A DNA stretch of 63,749 nucleotides, filler included. It is 7 parts of 7 records of this genome, joined end to end, with 100 filler letters (N's around TTAATTAATTAA, not from the genome) between each part and the next. Parts side by side here need not be neighbours in the genome. Positions count along the whole stretch, not along the records: positions 43,117 to 53,154 come from SRR31156797_23641; positions 53,255 to 58,598 come from SRR31156797_23655; positions 58,699 to 63,749 come from SRR31156797_23772; 4 more parts are not named here. The stretch is one strand, 5' to 3'. Positions within the stretch are counted from its first letter, which is position 1. Each line of letters starts with the position of its first letter. Shown here piece by piece: positions 50,345-62,434 of the stretch. The notes below the pieces were generated by a model. The model was not told the origin of the DNA. It ran no database searches and saw only the letters and a list, made by a program, of their open reading frames with translations. A program made the translations under genes and the position numbers.

Positions 50345-51118
50345 CTATTTTGCCGAGAATCCGCCGTCCACCGAAATGACCTGGCCGGTGATGTAGTTCG
50401 ATGCCGGCGACGCGAGGAACAGGGTGATTCCATCCAGATCTTCCAATTCGCCGTTGCGGCCAATCGCGGTCATGCGGGCGTTGTGGTCGAGAATTTCCGG
50501 ATTGCCGTAGACCGGTGCGGTCAGCTTTGTCGGGAAAAAACCTGGCGCGATGGCATTGGCCATGACGCCGTCCTTCGACCAGGCCTCGGCCATGGCCCGG
50601 GTCAGTTGTGCGATGCCGCCCTTCGATGCGCCGTAGGGCGAGCTGTTGGCGAAAGCCCGGAAACTTTGCAGCGAGGCGACGTTGATGATGTGGCCGCCGC
50701 CGGCAGCGATCATTCCCGGCACGCAATGGCGCGATAGAAAGAAGGGCACCGACAGGTTGATCTCGATGGTCAGGTCCCAGGACCGATCAGTCACGTCGTC
50801 GATCGGCTGGCGCAGGTTGACGCCGGCGGCGTTGGTCAGGATTTGCGGAGCGCCGAAGGTATCGGTTGCCGTGTCGACCAATTTCTTGAGTTTGGCCCGG
50901 TCGGTCAGGTCGAGGGCCATCGAAGCGGCCTTGCCGCCGGCAGCGCGGATTTCCTTCTCGGCTTCGGCCAAGCCCTCCGGGTCGAGATCGGCTAGGAAAA
51001 CATCGGCGCCGCCCTGGCTGAGCGCCCAGGCCATGCGTCGGCCGATGCCGGACGCCCCCCCGGTGCATAGGGCGACGCGGCCGGAAATGTCGAACAGGTT
51101 ATTGATGGCGTCCTTCAC
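50345..51118 (-). CDS. hpsO: Short-chain dehydrogenase, probable DHPS 2-dehydrogenase HpsO
   Basis: TGGASGIG, NAAG, YGASKGG, APGFFPT; GTG start after AGGAG; follows hpsN. Confidence 0.75.
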   Translation of the reverse strand: MKDAINNLFDISGRVALCTGGASGIGRRMAWALSQGGADVFLADLDPEGLAEAEKEIRAAGGKAASMALDLTDRAKLKKLVDTATDTFGAPQILTNAAGVNLRQPIDDVTDRSWDLTIEINLSVPFFLSRHCVPGMIAAGGGHIINVASLQSFRAFANSSPYGASKGGIAQLTRAMAEAWSKDGVMANAIAPGFFPTKLTAPVYGNPEILDHNARMTAIGRNGELEDLDGITLFLASPASNYITGQVISVDGGFSAK

Positions 51119-51171
51119 GGCTGTCTCCTTGTTGGCTTCGTGCCCTTCGGTTCCCGACGTTGCCTGAAAAG

Positions 51172-51202
51172 AACCGGACGGCGAAGTCGCACCGTCCGGT
51201 TT
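51172..51202 (-). terminator. Intercistronic hairpin between hpsN and hpsO
   Basis: AACCGGACGG...CCGTCCGGTT, followed on the minus strand by CTTTT. Confidence 0.5.
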
Positions 51203-51212
51203 TAGGGAGTGT

Positions 51213-52568
<1,356 letters not shown>

Positions 52569-53154
52569 TTAAAGGGCCCACAGGGATAAAGCGGGAATGA
52601 AGGCGAGCAGCAAAACCACGGACAACATGGACAGCACGTAGGGCACGGCCCGGGCCGCGATGTTGAGCACGGATTCGCCGGTCAAACCCGACAGCACAAA
52701 AAGGTTCAAACCCAGTGGCGGCGTGATGAAGCCGACTCCCAGGGAGGTGACCATGAGAATGCAGAAATGGATTTCCTCCATGCCGATCTCGAGCGCCAGG
52801 GGCAGCATGATCGGCGACAGGATGACGATGTTGGGCGTCGTTTCCATGACGCAGCCGGCAAGGATGAAGATCAGGATCATCATCAGAATGATGACCACCG
52901 GATCCTCGGTTAATGTGGTGACGCTTTCGACGAAGGCTTGCGGCACATCGAGCGCCGCCAGCGTCTGGGCCAGCGGCAGCGCAAACGCGATGATCGGCAC
53001 GATGACGCCGTTCACCTTGGCCGAGGCGGCCAGCATCTTGGGAAAATCACCGAGGTTGAGCGTCCCTTGGGCAAAACCGATGATGATGGTGGTAACGACG
53101 GCGACGGCGGCCGCCTCGGTCGGTGTGAAGATGCCCGAATAGATGCCGCCCAGG
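52569..53154 (-). CDS. TRAP transporter large permease (HpsM-like), 5'-truncated
   Basis: GGIYSGIFTPTEAAAVA, GFITPPLGLNLFV DctM motifs. Confidence 0.9.
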
Positions 53155-53254
53155 NNNNNNNNNNNNNNNNNNNNNNNNNNNNNNNNNNNNNNNNNNNNTT
53201 AATTAATTAANNNNNNNNNNNNNNNNNNNNNNNNNNNNNNNNNNNNNNNNNNNN
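53155..53254. other. Artificial contig spacer
   Basis: N44-TTAATTAATTAA-N44. Confidence 0.99.
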
Positions 53255-54780
53255 CCATCATGGTCTTCTAATCCCATAATATCACTTAAAATTACATGAT
53301 TATCTTTTGCAAAAACTCCACCCATTGCGATTCCTGCAATAAGTGAAGAGACAGGAACTCCTGCTGCTTTTAATGCAATTGATCCTCCACAAACTGTTGC
53401 CATTGATGAACTTCCATTTGATTCAAAGATCTCAGATACTAATCTAACGGTTTCTGTATAGTCTTTATCAATAGAAGATTCTAATGCTCTTTTTGCTAGA
53501 TTTCCATGACCAAGTTCACGTCTACTTACCCCAAAAATAGGTTTTGCTTCCCCTACACTAAACCCTGGAAAATTGTAATGAACCATAAAGTTTTCTGTTA
53601 AAGCATCTTTTGAAGTAAGAACTTCATACATCTGCGCATCTTTATTATTTCCAAGAGTCGCAACTACAAGAGCTTGTGTTTCACCTCTAGTAAATAAACA
53701 ACTACTATGAGTACTTGGTAAAATATTCGTTTCAATAGAAATTGGTCGTATCTCATTTGGTTTTCTACCATCTGCACGTAGTTTTTTATTAAGAATTGAA
53801 TCTCTTACAAGCTCTTTTTTGATAATATCTATAGCTTCAAGTACTTGCTCTTTTTCATAAGAGTTTGTAATACAAAATTCCTCATCAGCTATAACTTTAC
53901 TTAATGTGATGAAACCTGTATATCTTTCTTTTTTTGCCATTACATTAATTGCATCTTCTATGGAAGAAGAATAGTTATTTTTTACAAAATCAAGTAATTC
54001 TTGATCAAGAGTAGTTATATTTAATTCAACTGTAACTGAGTCTTGTTTTGCAAACTCAAAACTCTCTTCATATGTTTTGTTCACATCAAAAATAGTATTA
54101 GAGGCTAATTCAATTGCTTCTAATAAAGAGGTTTCATCAATATCATTAATATTGTGAACTTTTGTAAAGCTTTCAATGTCAACTTCTACCATTTCAGTTG
54201 TTGAAGTTGATTTCATCTCTATCATTAAAAGATCACTTGATGTACCTGCAACATAGAGATCTAAAGTTGAGTCATCTAATTGAGAAAGAGTTGGATTAAT
54301 TGTTAATTCTCCATCTATCATTCCTATACGTGTTGCACACACTGAAGTATTAATAGGAAGATCCGAAGTATATAAAGCTGCTGAAGCAGCATTGAGGGCT
54401 AAAACTTGAAGATCAGCTTCTGTATCAACACTTAAAACCATCACAGTAATAGTTGTAGGATAGACAAAACCCTTTGGAAAAAGTGGACGTAAACTTCTAT
54501 CAATAATTCTTGAAGTTAAGGTTTCAAAATCTGTTGGTTTCCCTTCTCTTTTTACAAATCCACCTGCAAACTTAGCAGCAGCATATGTCTTTTCAATGTA
54601 TTGAACAGTAAGTGGTGTAAAATCCTCATCAGTTGGATTATCATATTCACAAACCACGGCGGCCATAATTACACTGTTTCCTACTTTCATTAAAACTGAG
54701 CCATTACTCTGTTTTGCAACTTTATTAAACTCAAAAATCTCTTTTTGTTGGTTAAATTCTAATTCACATATTGTTGACAT
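53255..54780 (-). CDS. pnp: Polyribonucleotide nucleotidyltransferase, 3'-truncated
   Basis: SRIIDRSLRPLFP, RADGR, FTRGETQ, RRELGHG, ESNGSSSMA, SDIMGLEDHD. Confidence 0.96.
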
Positions 54781-55444
54781 TTTTTTCCTTTTTATAATTA
54801 TCAATTAGTTTTTGTATATCGTGGAGTGTTATCTCCTCTAGTTCCTCATAGTAAAAGTCAATCGCTACAAAGTGATCAGGTGCTTGTACATAATATAAGT
54901 CATCTGCAATTGTTTCAATATCATTGATTGTAACACTAGGAAGTACAGGGACAGCAACACATATTGATTTTGCCTTTTGATTAATAACTGACTTGATACA
55001 CGCCATCATTGTTAAACCTGTATTTAGTCCCTCATCAACAAGTAAAATATTTTTATTTTTTAAATCTATGAGATTCTGCTTGTTCCTATATTGTAGCTGA
55101 TATTCTTTAATATCATTAAGATATATATCATTTGCTTCTTGATAAATATCTTCAAGTCGTAAAGAAAATGATTTCATTAGCTCTTCATGGATCACCACTT
55201 CTTGGGTTTCTGTAATAATTGCTATTTCACATTTACTATTTCTTCTTGTGTAGATTTTTTCTGTAAAAATAAAATCAAAATCAGCATTAAGTTTTTTTGA
55301 TAACTCTAGTGCAATGGGTACACCTCCAGCAGAAGTAGCTAAAACAATCCAAGGTTCTTGTCTCATATCATCTGTAGGAAGGACATTATAGAGCATTTTA
55401 AATGCTTCAGTTCGATTTTTAAAAATTAAATGTTCTACTTTCAA
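54764..55444 (-). CDS. Phosphoribosyltransferase family protein
   Basis: F.NR..A, GGVPIA, PRPP motif ILLVDEGLNTGLT, VAVPV. Confidence 0.88.
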   Translation of the reverse strand: MKVEHLIFKNRTEAFKMLYNVLPTDDMRQEPWIVLATSAGGVPIALELSKKLNADFDFIFTEKIYTRRNSKCEIAIITETQEVVIHEELMKSFSLRLEDIYQEANDIYLNDIKEYQLQYRNKQNLIDLKNKNILLVDEGLNTGLTMMACIKSVINQKAKSICVAVPVLPSVTINDIETIADDLYYVQAPDHFVAIDFYYEELEEITLHDIQKLIDNYKKEKNVNNM

Positions 55445-55460
55445 ACTATTATTCCCTTAT

Positions 55461-57545
55461 TTAATCTTTTGTATATTGATGAGTAACATTAAAGAGCTCT
55501 TTTAAGTTAAGTTCTACATAAAATATATTTTGTCTTTTTGGTGTATCATTAATTGTATCTGTTGCAATAATTGAATCTATATACTTAAAGTTTACACTCC
55601 AGCAGTTTTTATTGATATTAAATATAAACTCTCTTTTTTTATCAATATCATTTGTAAGATCATACTCTATTTTATACTCTAATGCATGCTGATTAGTAAG
55701 TTTTACTCCAAAGTGATACACTAAATCCTCTTGTTTGAGTAGAGTATCAGTATCTTTTTCATAATTGTGATAGAGTCTAAAAAAACCTTTTTGATGAATA
55801 TATTCATACATTGTGGAAGATTCAACGATTTTTTGTAGTTGATAGTTATAGAATAATCTATTTGAGAATATATTATTTCCAAAATAGATTAATAAATCCT
55901 GTTCTAGATCACCTTTTTCATAACTGTTTTTAAACTCATTATAATTCCAATTTTGAGCTATTTTATGTTCAAATAAAGAGTTGAAATTTGAGTTTTCATA
56001 AAATGCTTGGTCAAGATAGAGTGATATCTGTTCCCCTGTAGTTGTAATTGGAAAATCACTAATAGCAGCATTATTAGTATTTATATTGTAAAGATCTCCT
56101 GTTTTAATAAGGTCATGGGGATTTGTATATGTTAACCCTAATTGAATTCCATGTGAAAAGTCATCGTAAAGTTTCAAGAGATTTGTATTTAGATCGATTG
56201 AGTGAGTTAAAGTTGCATAACTTCCATTATCTAGATCTGAATTATTTAAATATCCCATATAAAGGTAATCAAGCTTTTCTCCAATAGATATACTTAAATA
56301 ATCATCAAAAAAGCTTTTAGTATATAAAACAGGAAGTGAGAGCTCCATTCGATCAACTCCTGTACCTATATCTCTTGTTTGTCTATTAAAGTTTGAATCA
56401 AAGGAATAGATAAAATTATCATTTAAAATAGAGTCATAATATTTGTGAAAGTTGATTATCGGTCTATCTTGTAAAATTGAATCATAATTGTCTAAGCTAA
56501 CATCTTCATATTTTTTCACTTCAATATCACCATAAAAATCATTGGTATTATAAAAGTATTTTACATATGAGGTTAAAAATTTATCATCATAATGGCTTGT
56601 ATCATCATCGTGTTGAGTATTTACATAATCAATATCATTCATATCAACTATATAAAGTTTTAAGCCATCTTGATGATCAGAATAAGAAAATAGTTTTGCT
56701 CTATCATAAGAGATATTCCAGCCATAGTGTTTTTTATTTGTTAATTGTTCTTTTTCATAATATGATTTATTATCATAAAAGATTCCACTCTCAATTTGAA
56801 GTTTGGAATATATCGAATCAACATAACGCAACTTTAAATTATGTCCGTGCCCTCTTGATGATCTGATTTGTGGAATATATTCAACATCATAGTTTACAGC
56901 TGGTGCATAATAAATAGGTTGAGCATAAAGAAGTCCTTCTCCATCTGAGAAACCTATAGTTGGAGGAAGAAGTCCAGTTTGTCTTTTATTATTAGTAGAA
57001 AAACCAAAATATGGGGTATAAAGCACGGGGACATCTTGTATATATAAAGTTGTGTTATACATATTGACCCATTGATTTTCAGCATCATAGTTACCACTTG
57101 AAAAAAGTACGCTCCAGTCAGGATCGTCGCATTCACAACTTGAAAATGTAGTTGAATTAAAATTGTATTGTTTTTGTTGTGATTCTATTTTTTCTGAGCT
57201 AAACCACATCTTACTATTTTCATCAATTAAAACAACAGGTTGAGTTGTTTTAATCTCATCTTGTAAGTTTAAAAACATATATTCAGAAAAACTTGTTTCA
57301 CTATTGGCTCGTACAATAGTTACATCATCAAAAAATTCTAATGTTTTTTTCTCTTGATCATAAATCAGCTTTTGCGCAGTGATATAGTAAGTAGGCGAAT
57401 AAGCTACCACATCACCAGTGGCAGTTAAGATATTATTTTTTGTTGTAATATGTTTAGCTAGAATATCGACTTTTGCATCATTTTCTAATGAGTTAGCAGA
57501 TATAAAAGTAAAAAAATAGAGTAAAAAAAAGAGTAATTTATGCAT
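55461..57545 (-). CDS. lptD: LPS-assembly protein LptD
   Basis: FSSCECDDPDW, PVLYTPYF, RQTGLLPP, C-terminal CW; Campylobacterota purD-RDD-lptD-PRTase-pnp synteny. Confidence 0.88.
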   Translation of the reverse strand: MHKLLFFLLYFFTFISANSLENDAKVDILAKHITTKNNILTATGDVVAYSPTYYITAQKLIYDQEKKTLEFFDDVTIVRANSETSFSEYMFLNLQDEIKTTQPVVLIDENSKMWFSSEKIESQQKQYNFNSTTFSSCECDDPDWSVLFSSGNYDAENQWVNMYNTTLYIQDVPVLYTPYFGFSTNNKRQTGLLPPTIGFSDGEGLLYAQPIYYAPAVNYDVEYIPQIRSSRGHGHNLKLRYVDSIYSKLQIESGIFYDNKSYYEKEQLTNKKHYGWNISYDRAKLFSYSDHQDGLKLYIVDMNDIDYVNTQHDDDTSHYDDKFLTSYVKYFYNTNDFYGDIEVKKYEDVSLDNYDSILQDRPIINFHKYYDSILNDNFIYSFDSNFNRQTRDIGTGVDRMELSLPVLYTKSFFDDYLSISIGEKLDYLYMGYLNNSDLDNGSYATLTHSIDLNTNLLKLYDDFSHGIQLGLTYTNPHDLIKTGDLYNINTNNAAISDFPITTTGEQISLYLDQAFYENSNFNSLFEHKIAQNWNYNEFKNSYEKGDLEQDLLIYFGNNIFSNRLFYNYQLQKIVESSTMYEYIHQKGFFRLYHNYEKDTDTLLKQEDLVYHFGVKLTNQHALEYKIEYDLTNDIDKKREFIFNINKNCWSVNFKYIDSIIATDTINDTPKRQNIFYVELNLKELFNVTHQYTKD

Positions 57546-57987
57546 TTACAACAAGTGTTTTCCCAAATTTATCATGAAAAGTTTGTCTTGACTCAGTATA
57601 AAAAGCTATTAAAAATCCAATATAAAATAACATCTCACTTACGATTCTACCCGCAGATCTTACAGCACTATTCATTAGAGTTACTTTACCAAAATCATCA
57701 TAATCGATCACACGTATTTTTGCTATAAGCTTTCCTATAGTTGCTCCATAGTACCAAACAAAAAATGTTTGATAAATAAATTTTAGTAAAACTATTTGAA
57801 AAAAAGCACTATTCATTATTCCCATTACTGCAATAAAATCCCCGCCACTTGTTGCAATAGTATCCCACAGTATAAGGGCTACAATTAAAGTAATAGAGAT
57901 GTCATCTATAATAAATGCTTTTATCCTTGATGACATTGAAGCAAGTTGAAGATTATCTATATCTTGCTGGTTTTTGTTTTCACTCAT
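57538..57987 (-). CDS. RDD family membrane protein
   Basis: LAS..SRIKAFIIDD, GATIGK, RQTFHDK. Confidence 0.9.
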   Translation of the reverse strand: MSENKNQQDIDNLQLASMSSRIKAFIIDDISITLIVALILWDTIATSGGDFIAVMGIMNSAFFQIVLLKFIYQTFFVWYYGATIGKLIAKIRVIDYDDFGKVTLMNSAVRSAGRIVSEMLFYIGFLIAFYTESRQTFHDKFGKTLVVNA

Positions 57988-58598
57988 TTTAAAGCCTGAT
58001 ATGCGATATCTGTTCTACATTTTTTTCCAGCAAAATGAACTTGACCACAAAGGGCATATGCTCTATCTCTTGCGAGTTTAATATTCTCTCCAAAACCGAT
58101 ACATAATAAAACTCTTCCACCAGTAGCAAAAAGTTTATCATCCTCTTTACTTACTCCAGCATAAGAGATATGTGAGTTTGCTAGAAGCTCTTCATCATGA
58201 ATATCATCTACAATGATTTCAGCAGGTTCACTGCTTCCATAGGGATAATTTGCACTTGCCATCACAATGGCAACACCATATTCATTTTTTATTTTAATAT
58301 CCAGTTTATCTAATTGTTTTGTTGCACCTTTATAAAAAAGTTCACTTACAGGAGTTTCTAGTAATGGCATAAGTATTTCACATTCAGGGTCACCAAATCG
58401 TACATTATATTCTAATATAATTGGCTCACCATCTACAACCATTACTCCTATAAAAAGGACCCCCTCAAAAGGAGCACCTTCGTTTTTCATTCCCTCTAAT
58501 GTAGGTTTGATAACTCGATCTTCTACTTTTTTATAAATATCTTCATTTACAAGTGGAGTTGGAGCGTAAGCACCCATACCACCAGTATTTGGTCCAGT
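57984..58598 (-). CDS. purD: Phosphoribosylamine-glycine ligase, 5'-truncated
   Basis: TGPNTGGMGAYAP, LEYNVRFGDPE, TGGRVL, RTDIA. Confidence 0.95.
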   Translation of the reverse strand, partial: TGPNTGGMGAYAPTPLVNEDIYKKVEDRVIKPTLEGMKNEGAPFEGVLFIGVMVVDGEPIILEYNVRFGDPECEILMPLLETPVSELFYKGATKQLDKLDIKIKNEYGVAIVMASANYPYGSSEPAEIIVDDIHDEELLANSHISYAGVSKEDDKLFATGGRVLLCIGFGENIKLARDRAYALCGQVHFAGKKCRTDIAYQALK

Positions 58599-58698
58599 NN
58601 NNNNNNNNNNNNNNNNNNNNNNNNNNNNNNNNNNNNNNNNNNTTAATTAATTAANNNNNNNNNNNNNNNNNNNNNNNNNNNNNNNNNNNNNNNNNNNN
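58599..58698. other. Artificial contig spacer
   Basis: N44-TTAATTAATTAA-N44. Confidence 0.99.
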
Positions 58699-59219
58699 CT
58701 TTCGTTTTTCATCACCCTGCGGATCCCGGAGCCGAAGACGGCCCATGATGAAACGGCGCAGTAGCTGATCAGCGCCAGGCCCAGAGCGGACAGGGGGAGG
58801 AGCAGGAGCTTATCCCTCAGCGAGGAAAGGTAGACGCTGTATATGGTCAGGCCGTAGACGATCACCTTCGGGTTCAACAGCTGCAGGAGCATACCGTTCC
58901 TATACCCCAAAAGCGTTTGATTCTCTTCGTCGAAACTATAATCCGCCAGGGCTATGTGGTAGGCCAGCCAGAGGATGTAGATGGCCCCCGCATAGGAGAG
59001 GTATCTCTGTATCTCGGGAAATCTTCCCAGTATGCCTTTGGAGAGGAGGGCGCAGCCCAGCATGATGAGAAAGAAACCCGATGCGATTCCCAGGCGGTAG
59101 TTCCGGCTTCTGCCCAGCCCGTGGCTTATGCCCATGGCGGCGCTGCTGATCGTGTTGGGTCCCGGTGTGAAGGTGGTGATCAGGGCGAATGAGAAAAAGG
59201 GGATAAAGTCGATCGTCAT
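58699..59219 (-). CDS. LysE/RhtB family exporter (EamB-like), 3'-truncated
   Basis: FTPGPN, GAIYILWLAY, LQLLNPK; GGAGG RBS before ATG 59219. Confidence 0.88.
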
Positions 59220-59360
59220 GGCTGCCTCCCTAGGGGCTCTATCATAATGGAGATCGGCTTTATGGGAAATATCCCCGACAACATGAGTCCATTTCCCTTG
59301 TGCCTCCGGAGGCTCATGTATTACTATGGGCGAAGGTATAATTCTTTTCAAGGAAGATAG

Positions 59361-60905
59361 ATGCAGATCGCCTTCTGGCTCCCCAATATCGTTACGGTTA
59401 TAGTCAATATCGTCCTGTTCCTACTGGTCTACCGCCTGAGGAGTCATTCGGGAGCCGTTTCAGGCCTCTATATGATAGGAGGGATCATAGGCTGGAGTCT
59501 GACCGAAAGCTTTCTGTGGATCGGGCTGAGCGGGGAGGCTATGCTTTACCTCTGCTATATACAGTATCTCTTCATCATCACCGTTATCTTCTCCTTTCTG
59601 TTCTTCGTTATCAATTTTACGGGTAGGGGGAACAGGCTGTCTCTCCGCCGTTTGCGGCCTCTTTTTATCGTTCCCATTATAATTTTGCTCTTTATCTGGA
59701 CCAACAAGCGCCATGGCCTTTTCTATAGAAGCTTCGACCTTGTGCCCTTTCGAGACGGCAGGATGTTTCAGGTGAAATACGGACCCGTGTTCCTGGTCTG
59801 GGCCGTCTATGCCTATGTGCTTATTATATGGGCATTCGTCATGCTGATCAGATCTCACGCCGAGTCCAACGTGCACTACCGGAAACAGTACCTGGCTGTG
59901 ATCTCGGGGACGTCCATCCCCGTGGTTGCCAATTTCCTCTATATTTTCGATCTGTATGACCATCAATTCGATATCACTCCCATGGCCTATTCGGGTACTG
60001 CCCTTTTTCTGGTCTGGGCGGTATACAGGAAAAGGATGTTCGATCTGAGGCCTGTGGCCCGGCGAGAGGTGTTCAGTCTTATGTCGGACAGCATTCTCGT
60101 TCTGGATACGGAGGAGAGGATCGTGGACATTAATCCGCCGGCTGTAAAACTCTTCGATGTGGGGGAAGAAGAGGCCCTGGGCCTGCGGGCGGAAGAGCTT
60201 TTTCCGGACGATCCCGTACTGACGGCCCATTTGAAGAGCGGCGGAACTCACACGGTCAATCTTATCAGAGAGGGGAAGAGCTGCTATTACAGTCTCTCCC
60301 ACTCCCGCATAAAAGATAAGCGTGATTACTCTCTGGGGCATATCATCGTTTTACGGGATGTCACCGAGCAGAAGAGCCTTGAGAAGAAGCTGGAGCTGGA
60401 AGCGGCCACCGATTCCCTGACAGGGGTATTGAACCGCAGATACTTTATAGAATTGTCGGAAAAGGAACTCGCCCGCAGTCAGCGAAACGGAAGCCCCCTC
60501 TCTCTTGTTATCCTGGATATCGATCATTTCAAGTCTGTCAACGACAGCTATGGGCACCATACGGGCGACCGGGTACTGAAAGCTCTCTGCGCCGAGTGCA
60601 GCCGCTGCCTGAGGGAGAGCGATCTTCTGGGGCGCTGGGGGGGAGAGGAGTTTATCATACTGCTTCCCGAAACGGAGCTGGAGACGGCCTCCCTGGTGGC
60701 CGAGAGGATGAGAAAAAAGATCATGAATTTGAGGTTTCCCGTATCCGACGATTCAGACGGAGCTAAGATTTTGTCCGTAAGCGCCAGTCTCGGAGGGACG
60801 GCCGTAGAGCCCTCTGAAACGGATCTTGATAAGGCTTTCAAGAGAGCGGACGAAGCCCTTTACCGCTCCAAACAGAGTGGTCGGAACCGTCTGAGCGTGG
60901 GCTGA
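59361..60905 (+). CDS. Diguanylate cyclase with an N-terminal 7TM sensor (HisKA_7TM-like) and a PAS domain
   Basis: About seven hydrophobic segments, PAS-like DINPPA..LF, DSLTGVLNRR, DIDHFK, I-site RESD, GGEEF. Confidence 0.92.
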   Translation: MQIAFWLPNIVTVIVNIVLFLLVYRLRSHSGAVSGLYMIGGIIGWSLTESFLWIGLSGEAMLYLCYIQYLFIITVIFSFLFFVINFTGRGNRLSLRRLRPLFIVPIIILLFIWTNKRHGLFYRSFDLVPFRDGRMFQVKYGPVFLVWAVYAYVLIIWAFVMLIRSHAESNVHYRKQYLAVISGTSIPVVANFLYIFDLYDHQFDITPMAYSGTALFLVWAVYRKRMFDLRPVARREVFSLMSDSILVLDTEERIVDINPPAVKLFDVGEEEALGLRAEELFPDDPVLTAHLKSGGTHTVNLIREGKSCYYSLSHSRIKDKRDYSLGHIIVLRDVTEQKSLEKKLELEAATDSLTGVLNRRYFIELSEKELARSQRNGSPLSLVILDIDHFKSVNDSYGHHTGDRVLKALCAECSRCLRESDLLGRWGGEEFIILLPETELETASLVAERMRKKIMNLRFPVSDDSDGAKILSVSASLGGTAVEPSETDLDKAFKRADEALYRSKQSGRNRLSVG

Positions 60906-61009
60906 AAAGGAATCTCCCCGATCTGAGATGTCACCGGGCCTTCTCAAGGATCATCCCATCGGTCATCCCAATCGGCTCAGCCCAGGGAAGTCGCAGCTAA
61001 CGCCGTTCT

Positions 61010-61285
61010 TCACCGTCTGCCCGTCAGCTTGATCACATGGAAGCCGAACTGGGTCTGCACAACATTGCTGTAGCTGCCCACGGACATGCGCTTGCAGGCC
61101 TCTTCGAACTGACCCACCATCTTGCCGGGGCCGAACCATCCCAGGTCCCCGCCCTTGTTCTTGCTGGGGCAGGTGGAGAATTCCCTGGCCAGGGCTGCGA
61201 AATTGCCGCCCTTCTTGCTGCGTCTGAGCAGCTCGTTGGCAAGATTCCTATCCTTTACAAGTATGTGGCTGGCACGCCATTCCAT
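61010..61285 (-). CDS. ppiC: Parvulin-type peptidyl-prolyl isomerase
   Basis: ASHILV, FAALAREFSTCPS, GGDLGWF, TQFGFHVIK. Confidence 0.93.
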   Translation of the reverse strand: MEWRASHILVKDRNLANELLRRSKKGGNFAALAREFSTCPSKNKGGDLGWFGPGKMVGQFEEACKRMSVGSYSNVVQTQFGFHVIKLTGRR

Positions 61286-61352
61286 AAGCTTCCTCCCGGG
61301 AGTAAAGATGGGGCCTATTATAGCGTCGTCCCCAGGTTTTGAACAGATGCTA

Positions 61353-61381
61353 TTGACCCGCCGACTCTGGTAGCGTAAGGT
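61353..61381 (+). promoter_or_regulatory. Candidate sigma70 promoter of the ABC operon
   Basis: TTGACC-17 nt-TAAGGT. Confidence 0.45.
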
Positions 61382-61450
61382 GAAAATATAAACATCTAAT
61401 CTACCCCCCAGGCCGCTGAATCCAGGGCTGAAGGGAAGGAGTCTTTCAAT

Positions 61451-62428
61451 ATGCGCAATACGCTTTTTGCAATGGTTCTGATCACCGTCGTCGTTTTTTC
61501 AGGCTGGGCCGGCGGAGCCCGGGAGAGTATGGACAGACCCGCCCCGGAATCCGTTAAGATAGCCCTCTTAAACGGTCCCTCGGGCATCGGGCTGATCCGT
61601 CTGAAGTCTGAGCCTGTGTTTTCCGATCCCGGGGTAAAGGCGGAGGTTCAGATCATGGGAGCTCCCAAGGTCCTTCTGGGACAGATGCTCAAGGAGGAGT
61701 GGGACGCCGCCGTTCTTCCCTCCGCTATGGCCGCGGTTCTTTATAATAAGGGCATCGCCTACCGCTGCGCCGCTGTGACGGGTATGGGGAACCTCTCCCT
61801 GATTGGAAGGAAGGACGCCGGTTTGGCTTCTCTGAGGGATCTGGAATCCCTGACCCTTCATATCCCCGGAAAGAACACGACCCCCGATCTCGTGACCCAG
61901 CTGATCGCCGGAAAGCGGAACCTGAACCTGAATCTCGATTACAGCTTCAATCCCTCCGATCTGGCCAAGGCCCTGGCCGGGGGCGTGGTCGGGGCCGCCG
62001 TTCTGCCCGAGCCTCTGGCGTCCATCGCCCTGAAGTCTTCGGATGAGCTTGAGATCATCTACGATATGCAGAAGCTCTGGAAGGACAGCTTCAAAGAGGG
62101 GCGGGAGTATCCCCTGACCGTGCTCGTCCTGAGAAAGGCCTTCGTCGAGAACTGGCCCGGTCTGGCCCGTGAGCTGCTGGATGCCGCCGGTGATTCCCTG
62201 ATGTGGGTCAAGGACAATCCCGCCGATGCCTCCGCCCTTATAAAGGAGTACGGTTTCACCCTGCCCCCTCCCATCGTGAAGCAGGCCATTCCCCGGAGCA
62301 ACTATGTCTTCCTGGAGGGAAGGGAGATGTCCAAAGCCGTCACTCCCTACTTTGTGCGGGTGGCGGAGCTCAATCCGGCGCCCCTGGGAGGACGGGTACC
62401 GGATGACGGGTTCTATTACAGCCGGTAG
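61451..62428 (+). CDS. NitT/TauT-type ABC transporter substrate-binding protein
   Basis: Signal peptide, GPSG, PGKNTTPD, AAVLPEP, C-terminal PDDGFYY. Confidence 0.85.
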   Translation: MRNTLFAMVLITVVVFSGWAGGARESMDRPAPESVKIALLNGPSGIGLIRLKSEPVFSDPGVKAEVQIMGAPKVLLGQMLKEEWDAAVLPSAMAAVLYNKGIAYRCAAVTGMGNLSLIGRKDAGLASLRDLESLTLHIPGKNTTPDLVTQLIAGKRNLNLNLDYSFNPSDLAKALAGGVVGAAVLPEPLASIALKSSDELEIIYDMQKLWKDSFKEGREYPLTVLVLRKAFVENWPGLARELLDAAGDSLMWVKDNPADASALIKEYGFTLPPPIVKQAIPRSNYVFLEGREMSKAVTPYFVRVAELNPAPLGGRVPDDGFYYSR

Positions 62429-62434
62429 TCTGGG

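Noticed and set aside
61388..61450. Known riboswitch (SAM-II, preQ1, TPP, FMN) in the ABC leader
   Set aside because: None of the conserved cores is present. Kept only as an unassigned hairpin.
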